A stretch of DNA of 20,000 nt from Chiloscyllium plagiosum (lineage: Eukaryota). Location: assembly GCF_004010195.1 (NCBI RefSeq), contig NC_057751.1:14928098-14948097 (forward strand). The letters run 5' to 3'. Made by a program: the position numbers and the translations under genes. Within the stretch, counting starts at the first letter, position 1. Every line of letters begins with the position of its first letter. The notes beneath the pieces are model-generated. The model saw only the letters and a program-made list of their open reading frames with translations. It was not told the origin of the DNA and did no database searches. Shown here one piece after another: positions 11,517 through 19,249 of the stretch.

Positions 11517-11802
11517 GGCAAGGTGGCACAGTGGTTAGCACTGCTGCCTCACAGTGCCAGAGACCTGGGTTCAATTCCTGTCTCAGGCAACTGTCTGTGT
11601 GGGTTTCCTCCGGGTGCTCCGGTTTCCTCCCACAGTCCAAAAATGTGCAGGTTAGGTGAATTGGCCATGCTAAATTGCCTGTAGTGTTAGGTGAAGGGGC
11701 AAATGTAGGGGAATGGGTCTGGGTGAGCTGCTCTTTGGAGGGTCGGTGTGGACTTGTTGGGCCGAAGGGCCCGTTTCCACACTGTAAGTAAGTTAATCTA
11801 AT
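11517..11802 (+). mobile_element. HE1-type V-SINE nested in the DeuSINE, with an internal deletion
   Basis: A box TGGCACAGTGG 11524-11534, B box GGTTCAATTCC 11568-11578, GGGTGCTCCGGTTTCCTCCCACAGTCCAAA core, tail TAATCTAAT. It lacks the GGAGTTTGCACATTCTCCCC segment present in the 8103-8447 copy. Confidence 0.92.
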
Positions 11803-11898
11803 ATCCTGTTCTTCTTCAAATATTATCCATTTTCACCCATTGAGCGGACAGATGGGATGTTTGATCCCAGTGTAATGTTTGATCCACAATTCAGTGCA

Positions 11899-12745
11899 TC
11901 CAATAGTGCAATCTTCCCTCAGTGCTGTCCCAGGAACAGTGCATTGTTCCATCAGTGCCGACCAGCAATAATGAGATGTTTCCTCAAAACTGACCATCCA
12001 GTTGTGCAACACTTTCTCAGGACTAACTTTCCAACACTGTAGCACTCCCTCAGTACTGTATCTGCAACAATGAAATGTTGCCTCGGTACTACTCCTCCAA
12101 CAGAGCAATACTTCCTCAATGCTATCCTTGCAACAATGCGATGCTCCCTCAGACTTCTACTTCAACAGTACAGCAATGCCTCAATGCCTCTCTTCGCACA
12201 GTTCAGTCCTCATGGTACGTTCCCTCAATCCTGCCCTCCGAAGATTGCAACACTCCCTCAAACCGTTCCTGCAACATTGCTCTTCCAATACTTTATTCTG
12301 AGAGTGCACCATTCCCAAAGTGCTGGTCAGGGATGAGGACAAAGGTATATCAGGGTCCAATAACTGGAACGTGGGGCTATTGGGGCCTGTTGAGCTTGGA
12401 TTGGGGCCAGGACTGTTGTGCTCAGCTTGTGGACAGGGCCACTTGGCTCATGCTGGTTTGGGGCCAAGGCTGGAGATCTGGGCCTTTAGCAGCACCAGGC
12501 CCCATGATTTCTGTTTCTGCACTTACAATGGTTGTGTGCTCCCTCAATGCTGCTCCTGTAACGGTGCAGCATTCATTGAGTACTGTCACTGCAGTAGAGC
12601 AGATCTCCCTTAATACTCCCTTCGACACTGTAGTGTTGGCTAGATACTGATCCTCCAAGTGTGTAACACTCTTAATATTACTCCTCCAACAGAGCAGCAA
12701 GCCCTCAAAACTGACCTTCTGACAGCAGTATTCTCTCAGTACTGT
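11899..12745. repeat. Degenerate minisatellite of about 32 bp (about 19 units), split by a GC-rich insert
   Basis: The recurring unit approximates CCTCCAACAGTGCAGCACTCCCTCAGTACTGA, e.g. CTTTCCAACACTGTAGCACTCCCTCAGTACTGT near 12027 and TCCTCCAACAGAGCAATACTTCCTCAATGCTAT near 12093. Confidence 0.85.
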
Positions 12746-13867
12746 TGGAATATCAGCCCAGTACCTCTGTTGTAGTTGCTGGAACTTGAATCTACAACCT
12801 TTTAGTTCAGCAGTTAGAAGGCTATCAACTGAGCCACACAGGGACAATGCTGCAGTCCTAAGATCTTGACAGTCAGTGGTCTCTCTCTGTCGCTTGGAAG
12901 GATAAATTTCCCTTTTCATTCTCCTTTGGCATGAAGTCTTTATTCTGCAGGATAAACTGCATACCCCTTTCTCTTGCACTCTTTCTACTGCAGCTTCTCT
13001 GAAAAGTCCTCTTTCTTCCTGCCACCTCATCCAGTTGTCTCAATTTTCTTGCAGCACTATCATCAATCACTACGCTCATTAACAGGTTACCGGAGATGGA
13101 GCGGAAGAAGCGGAGATGGTTGTATCATGAGTAGTCCTAGTAACTCACTGATTGGACATTTACATGTTAGTCATCATCAAAGTAGAGACAATGCTACAGC
13201 AATATTTCTTTGCTTAATATGGGCAGGAATGAGACTGGGGTTGTGGTCTGTTAAAGTGTGACTGTGTTGTGTACTCACACTGTCAACCACATCTTGCAGT
13301 GGTCTGGCTTTCTGTTCTGTCAGAAAATGTTACTAAATGAGGGCTGGGTATGGAACAATGAAAACCCCTGAGATATAAGGGGATCTCCATTCATTCAATC
13401 ACCTGAGATTAGAACTCAAACTCAGAGCTTTTGACTCAGGGACACTGGTTACCCACTGGTTCAATGAGTAAGCTACCTAATTCTGCTATAGGTAGAACTT
13501 ACTAATAACCATTACTTGATATATTTCTAACACCATTATAATTTGGCACATTACCTTTATGATTTCTCAATAAGTCAATGATCAACTTTGAATCTATTGG
13601 AAGTCACTTGCCAAATAGATTCGGTTTCTGTTCATCTCCTTCTCCTCCTTTTATTTCACCATGGACAAACTTGATTTCAGGAATTCTCTCCTGTTACATC
13701 TCTCTTTTCTCTTTTAAAAACCTGTTCTCAAGGCCTTAAGTTGTGGAATTCTCCCCCTTCGCATCTCTCTCCTCTCCCTTTAAAGCTAAATTTCACCTAA
13801 ATGCCATTGTTGGTATCCGTTTTTTTTAGCTTCTTTGAACATCACCTCAGCTATTAATGAACCACCG

Positions 13868-13964
13868 TCAAGATTAGAGTGGTGCTGGAAAAGTACAGCA
13901 GGTCAGGCAGCATCCGAGGAGCAGGAAAATCGATGTTTGGGCAGGAGCGCTTCATCAGGAATCC
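13868..13964 (-). mobile_element. Penelope-like terminal remnant with degenerate hammerhead
   Basis: The minus strand reads GGATTCCTGATGAAGCGCTCCTGCCCAAACATCGATTTTCCTGCTCCTCGGATGCTGCCTGACCTGCTGTACTTTTCCAGCA, the same family as 2447-2528. Confidence 0.75.
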
Positions 13965-14447
13965 ACTGCCTTGTGACATTGTGTTGGTGGAGTCGCTGGT
14001 TTGTGAGTTGCAAGAAGCGTGATCCATCACCAACACTTCACAATGGATCAGCTGCAGGACCTCAACAACCATCTCCAGGAACATAAGCTATTCAGTTTGA
14101 CTTTTAATCAAACTGAGGTCACTGCAGCCACAACAGAGTACTAACCAATGTATTATTACAATATCCCTCATTTGCCCCAGTCATAAATTATTTAGAAGTC
14201 AGATGACACCAGGTTTATTTGAAATCACAAATACATTGATTGCTAATTTGGCTTCTTTGTTTCATAGCAGAACGCAACATCTGAGTAAGAAGAGAATAAA
14301 GAATATCCTTTTTTGTTTCCGGTTGCAGCATGATCTCTGTAGACCAATGGTGTGGATCTTGTCAGGCACGCACTGTCCAGATCATGCAGGTGGCCGAAGA
14401 CCTTCCACACTTTCATCATTGGTATGGTAATTATTCTCACACTTCAC

Positions 14448-14654
14448 TAGATTAGATTTCCTCCAGTGGAAACAGGCCCTTTGGCCTAACAAGTCCATGC
14501 TGACCCTCTGAAGGACAACCCACCCAGACCAATTCCCCTACTTTCCCCTGACTAATGCACCTAACACTATGGGGCAATTGAGCATGGCCAATTCACCTGA
14601 CCTGCACATCTTTGGATTGTGGGAGGAAACCAGAGTACCTGGAGGAAACCCACA
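14448..14654 (-). mobile_element. HE1-type V-SINE, 5'-truncated
   Basis: Reverse complement of 11600-11800 (TGTGGGAGGAAACCAGAGTACCTGGAGGAAACCCACA; TAGATTAGATT tail). Confidence 0.9.
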
Positions 14655-15151
14655 ATTGTGGTGACTTCAACTGTCAAACGGTAATGTTTTAGCCAGGTGG
14701 CGTACAGTGCAGGGAGGTACAACCGGACATTAAAGGCCAACCATGTTGAGCCTGGCCCTGTTTATACTTGGGAGATTGTGAGTCAGGGTTAACGAGCTCC
14801 TCAATCAATCTAGTAACTGAATAGATTTTGCAACAGTCAGGTATCTAAGCATTATTTCCTCCTGTAATAATAATGTTGGCCTGGTAGTTTGAAATTAGTA
14901 GGAGATACATGACAGGCCTCACACTGAACACATTTACAAACATTAAGAATCTACCTTAGGCCAAGCCTTTGCTGCCTGGAAATGGTTGGGTGAGCAGAAG
15001 AGTGTCGATTCAGATAATCCGGGTGAGTTTACCTCTTCTGAGTTAGTTTAAATACCAGTTAGATTGGGATTAAATCAGGTAACCCAGGTAACCAGAGCCA
15101 CAGCAGTAATTTCGCTCCTGCAGGGAGTTTGGTTGGCCTTCATTCGTTGGG

Positions 15152-15321
15152 ATCAAAAACAGAAATTACGGGGAAAAAAATCAGCGCCTCTGGCAGCATC
15201 TGTGGAGAGAAATTAGAGTTAACATTTCGGGTCCAGTGACCCTTCCTCGAATAATTCTCTGATTTCTCTCCACAAATGCAACCAGACCTGCTGAGTTTTT
15301 CCAGCAATTTTTGTTCTGATT
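15152..15321. mobile_element. Penelope-like inverted terminal pair forming a foldback, with degenerate hammerhead on the minus strand
   Basis: The left arm CTGGCAGCATCTGTGGAGAGAAATTAGAG pairs with the right arm CTCTGATTTCTCTCCACAAATGCAACCAG. The minus strand has TTCGAGGAAGGGTCACTGGACCCGAAATGTT. Confidence 0.7.
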
Positions 15322-15349
15322 CTCGCACCCACATTTTGTTCTGATTTTA

Positions 15350-15600
15350 TTTAGTTAATCGGGATGATTTTAGCTTGCCGGATTTGGTGGAAACAGACCA
15401 GATTAGTTGAATAATTAACCCGGATTTGTTAATATAGACTATTTTAGTTAGCTCGAGTTGTTTGATGTGAACCGGGTTAGTTTAGGCTGGCCAGTAAGTT
15501 TAACCCGGATTAGTTTCGTTTGCTAGCGTGCGTTTACCATGTGATGACATTTCCTCGGGCAGGAACCCGGAAGTTGAGTTTGGGGAGAATTACAAACATT
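15350..15600 (+). promoter_or_regulatory. Probable Pol II promoter (CpG-retaining, ETS/ELF site)
   Basis: Local CpG enrichment in non-repeat DNA, a consensus ELF/ETS site AACCCGGAAGT 15564-15574, IRF-like AGTTTCGTTT 15512-15521, and a splice donor about 170 bp downstream. Confidence 0.6.
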
Positions 15601-15741
15601 CCGGGGGCAATTCGAGGAGGGCAGCAGAACCGATCAGAGGCACCACCTTGGAAAAGGATCAAATCCAAACCCTCTGTTCCGAAGCTGCCAGAAAAAGCGA
15701 AGCAGACACACAGAAAGACCTGAGCCCGCAGCGTGCTTAGG
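15575..15741 (+). other. Candidate first exon (likely 5' UTR) of an unidentified gene; start approximate
   Basis: A purine- and CpG-rich stretch follows the ETS site and ends at the donor GG|GTAAGC (GT 15742-15743), followed by pyrimidine-rich intron-like sequence. There is no ATG in 15575-15741. Confidence 0.5.
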
Positions 15742-16039
15742 GTAAGCGACCCTTTCATTTCCCCCACCTCACTTTGCACTTTCCTCTTTTCCCAGGATTG
15801 GACTAAGTCTCCACTTCATCCCTGGTTTACTGTAAATCACTGCGGAGAAAATCACCGCCTACTGTGTATGCACAAGGGAAAACGGTCAAAGGGCTTATTG
15901 GTTTGTTTTGATTTCAAATTCAGCGTATCCAGAGGGAAGGTTCACAGGAAGTGACAGTGAACTTTTTCACTCTGTCAATGTGTCCTGTCTGAGTCAGCCA
16001 GTGATTCCCAGAATCAGAGTCTGCAGTGTGGCCATACCT

Positions 16040-16320
16040 CTTAGCCTGCCAGTGGGTTCCTATTTGTCAGTGTCTCAGCCTGCCAGTGGGTTTCCCCCTC
16101 TGTCAGCCTGCCAGTGGTCCCTGAGTCTCCCATTTGCCAGTGTCACCCTATTTGTCAATGTCTCACTCTGCAAATCTGTCTGTGTCTGCTAGTGTTGCTG
16201 TGTCTCAGTCTACTAGTATGCCTTTCTATCTTATTCTGTTACTCTGCCCTTGTCTCTCAGTCTGCAAATACGTCTTGACATCGCTGATTGCCAATGCATT
16301 CCTGTTTGTCAGTCTGATAT
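16040..16320. repeat. Degenerate low-complexity repeat
   Basis: AGCCTGCCAGTGG occurs three times (about 16043, 16077, 16105), followed by recurring TGTCAGT/TGTCTC units. Confidence 0.7.
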
Positions 16321-16335
16321 CAGGCAGTCACAGTT

Positions 16336-16929
16336 TAGAGAATAGACAATAGGTGCAGGAGAAGGCCATTCTACCCTTCGAGTCAGCACCACCATTCATT
16401 ATGATCATGGCTGATCATCCTCAATCAGTATCTTATTCCTGCCTTATCCCCATAACCCTTTCAAGAAAAAGAAGGAAGCATTTGTCAGGTATACACAACA
16501 GAGATGGAGTGAATCCTTAGAGTATCAAGGATCCTTAAGAACTCTATCCAACTCTTTCTTGAAAGTATCCAGAGACTTGGCCTCCACAGCCTTCTGTGGG
16601 AGAGCATTCCACACACCCACCAGTCTCTGGGTGAAGATGTTTCTCCTCAACTCTGTTCTAAATGGCCTATCCCTTATTTTTAAACTGTGTCCTCTGGTTT
16701 GGCACTCACCCATCAGCGGAAACATGCTTCCTGCCTCCAGAGTGTCCAATCCATTAATAATCTTATACATCTCAATCAGATCCCCTCTCAGCCTTCTAAA
16801 CTCAAAGGTATACAAGCCCAGTCGCTCCAATCTTTCAACGTAAGATAGTCCCGCCATTCTGGGAATTGACCTCATGAACCTACGCTGCACTCCCTCAATA
16901 GCCAGAATGTCTTTCCTCAAATTTGGAGA
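16336..16929 (-). mobile_element. Relatively young CR1 LINE 3' fragment
   Basis: Uninterrupted frame SPNLRKDILAIEGVQRRFMRSIPRMAGLSYVERLERLGLYTFEFRRLRGDLIEMYKIING...FTQRLVGVWNALP...FKKELD, followed by the 3' tail. Confidence 0.93.
16461..16523 (+). repeat. 63-bp exact direct duplicate of 17413-17475
   Basis: TCAAGAAAAAGAAGGAAGCATTTGTCAGGTATACACAACAGAGATGGAGTGAATCCTTAGAGT is identical at both positions. Confidence 0.95.
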
Positions 16930-16944
16930 AGGTATTGTTACAAC

Positions 16945-17162
16945 CAAGGCTATGGGCACTGTCAATGTTCCAATAATAGTGCTAAGCACTTGTGTTTTGG
17001 AATTAACTGTTCCAGTCCAGCTGCTACACTGACGACATGGAAAGTTGTCCAGGTAGGTCTTGTGCACTAAAAGCAAAACAAACCCACCTTGGTCAATTGC
17101 CACCACCCCCAACCCTCATAAGCGTCTGCTCAATCTTTAACAAATTGATGGAATGTGTCATC
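16945..17162 (+). mobile_element. Old LINE (CR1/L2 group) RT fragment, first part
   Basis: TGGAAAGTTGTCCAGGTAGGTCTTGTGCACTAAAAGCAAAACAAACCCACCTTGGTCAATTGCCACC resembles WKIAQVCPVHKKQDKSNPANYRP, followed by AACAAATTGATGGAATGTGTCATC (KLMECVI). Confidence 0.6.
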
Positions 17163-17274
17163 GGTTGTCATAGCTATTGGCAGGGAAAGCTAACAGTGCA
17201 TTAGTAGTTATTTGAAATTATAAAACATTGCAAAAATTACATTTTTTAAAAAGGCTGAAGATGGATGTTTGCAG

Positions 17275-18478
17275 GTAAAGGGTCAGCTGGAAAATGGGAA
17301 GCCTTCAAAAATAAGGTAATGAAAGTATAGAAACAGTATGTTCCTGTTAGGGTGAAAGGCAAGGCTGGTAGGTATAGGGAATGCGGGAAGACAAGAAAAA
17401 TTGAAGTATTGGTCAAGAAAAAGAAGGAAGCATTTGTCAGGTATACACAACAGAGATGGAGTGAATCCTTAGAGTGTCAAAGCAATAGGAGTATACTTAA
17501 GCGGAAAATCAGGAAGGCAAAAAGGGTCACGATTTATCTTTGGCAAATAGGGTTAAGAGAATCCAAAGGGATTTTATAAATATGTGAAGGACAAAAGGGT
17601 AACTAGAGAGAGAATAGGGCCCCTCAAAGATCAGCTCGGCAGCCTGTGTGTGGAACCACAGAAGATTGGGGAGATACTGAATGAGTGTTTTGCATCAGTG
17701 TTGACTGTGGAAAAAGACATGGTAGATATAGAATGTAGGGAAATAGATGGTGACATCTTGAAAAGTAAAGATGCTGGTTGTCTTAAAGTGCATAAGGGTG
17801 GATAAATTCCCAGGACCTGATCAGGTGTACCCTCGAATCTTGTGGTAAGCCAGGGAAGTGTTTGCTGGGCTTATTGCTGAGATATTTGTATCATCAATAG
17901 TCACAGGTGAGGTGTGGGAAGACTGGAAGTTGGCTAATGTCGTGCCACTATTTCAGAAAGTTAGCAAGGAAAAGCCAGGGAACTATAGACCGGTGAGCCT
18001 GACATCGGTGGTTGGCAAATTGATGGAGGGAATCCTGAGGAACAGGATTTACATATATTTGGAAAGGCAAGGACTGATAAGGAATAGTCAACATGGCTTT
18101 GTGTGTGGGAAATCATGTCTCACTAATTTGATTGTTACTTCTTCAGTCCTCTTTGTGTTTTATTTCATGAGGGCTGAGCGGTGGATGTGATCTCTATGGA
18201 CTTCAGTAAGACATTTGACAAGGTTCCTCATGGCAGACTGGTTAGCAAGGTTAGATCTCATGGGATACAGGGAGAATTATCAGTTTAGATACAGAACTGG
18301 CTTGAAGGTAGAAGGTGGTGGTGTGGAGTTGCAAAGGTGGTGGTATATGAATAGGAAAGGTTTGGAGGGATATGGGCCAGGTGCTGGCAAACGGGACTAG
18401 ATTAATTTAGGATATCTGGTTGGCATGGACGAGTTGGACAGAAGGGTCTATTTCCATGCTGTATATCTCTATGATTCA
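17275..18478 (+). mobile_element. HER1/CR1 LINE fragment with large internal deletion
   Basis: ORFs carry NPKGFYKYVKDKRVTRERIGPLKD, PGPDQVYPRIL and WKLANVVPLFQKVSKEKPGNYRPVSLTSVVGKLMEGILRNRIY...SQHGF. The sequence jumps near 18320 from mid-RT to the 3' tail ending CTCTATGATTC. Confidence 0.92.
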
Positions 18479-18479
18479 G

Positions 18480-18745
18480 TGACCACATGGCCATATTTAA
18501 AGTAACGAACAAGAGAACATAATAAAAAATCTTTTTGCAATAACTGTTTAGGGTTTGAAATGGACAGTCTTAGGGTCTGGTATAAACAGAATCGATAGTT
18601 TTCTTCATAAGAGAATGAGATAGTTACTTGGACAAAATATTTGAGGACTATTGTTAAGGAACGGGGAATAGGAGTAACTGGATTTTCAAAAGAGCTGGCA
18701 CAAACTTGAGCTGAATGGCTGTGCTACACTCTTCAGTGATTCAAT
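18480..18745 (+). mobile_element. Old CR1 3' end
   Basis: A decayed FF.Q.V...WN region and the tail TTCAAAAGAGCTGGCACAAAC...GCTGAATGGC..GTGCT...TGATTCAATGA. Confidence 0.55.
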
Positions 18746-19217
18746 GACAGTGCTGTTGAATGGCATGTCCTCACCAATAATCAATCTTCTTGCCAATGTT
18801 TCATTAGGATTCCACCAGGGCCATTTGGCTCCAGTTCACATTGCCGCCTTGCTCGAAATGTGCACATGGATTGAAATCAAAAGTGAATTTGAGAATGACT
18901 GCTCCTGACATTAAGGCAGCATATGACTGACATTGCATCAAGGAAACCTTCCAAAATAGAAGTTAACGGAACATTCTCCATTCGTTGATGTCCTACCTGG
19001 CACACAGAAGTATTATTGTATTTTTACCTTTTTTTTTAATTTCACTCCCACACTACTGCCAAACAGCGGTCGTACTTATTTTTCTCCAGCATCCATGTTG
19101 TGTGTGTGCAGGTGGAGGGAGAAGTACTGTTATATTTGTTGGAGCCAATTATCTTTGTTCGAGGACATCATTGAAGAAGCTCCTTGCTGGAGTCCTTCCC
19201 AGGGCTATGCTACAGGG
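18746..19217 (+). mobile_element. Old LINE RT fragment, continuation of 16945-17162 (with an insert at about 19012-19130)
   Basis: GGATTCCACCAGGGCCAT (GFHQGH), GACATTAAGGCAGCATATGAC (DIKAAYD, i.e. DIKAAFD), TCCTACCTGGCACACAGA (SYLAHR) and GCTGGAGTC..CAGGG (GVPQG-like). Confidence 0.65.
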
Positions 19218-19249
19218 TAGATATTTTCTAAATAACTGTTGATACATAT

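Larger units (their letters stand above)
11385..12838 (-). mobile_element. DeuSINE-like (SacSINE1/AmnSINE-related) element, interrupted and internally expanded
   Basis: tRNA-like head on the minus strand (GTGGCTCAGTTGATAGC...GATTCAAGTTCC, 12781-12837). Deu-like segment CCTGTTCTTCTTCAAA...GGACAGATGGG at 11805-11856. The 3' part TTGTAATGTAGGAAA...TTTGTGCACAGCAAG..CACAAACAGC lies at 11423-11479. Confidence 0.7.

Noticed and set aside
11517..11590. tRNA gene
   Set aside because: The A and B boxes belong to an HE1 SINE head that continues into V-domain and LINE-derived tail sequence.
11899..12745. Repeat of about 32 bp as a CRISPR array
   Set aside because: The units are directly adjacent and diverged, with no unique spacers. 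The context is vertebrate and there are no cas genes.
11833..13030. Long overlapping ORFs (191 aa +, 202 aa -, and others) as a host gene
   Set aside because: They run through the minisatellite and SINE head, are open on both strands, and show no recognisable domain.
12873..13079. 68-aa minus-strand ORF MSVVIDDSAARK...
   Set aside because: The charged composition is explained by reading the complement of a pyrimidine tract. I recognise no homologue.
16525..17112. 195-aa ORF as a host fusion gene
   Set aside because: The C-terminal part is CR1 ORF2. The N-terminal part is chance read-through of the antisense strand of an older LINE.
19012..19130. Micro-exon TTTTCTCCAG|CATCC...GCAG|GTGG
   Set aside because: It sits as an insert inside an old LINE and looks like the T-rich minus-strand end of another repeat. 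The donor is weak.
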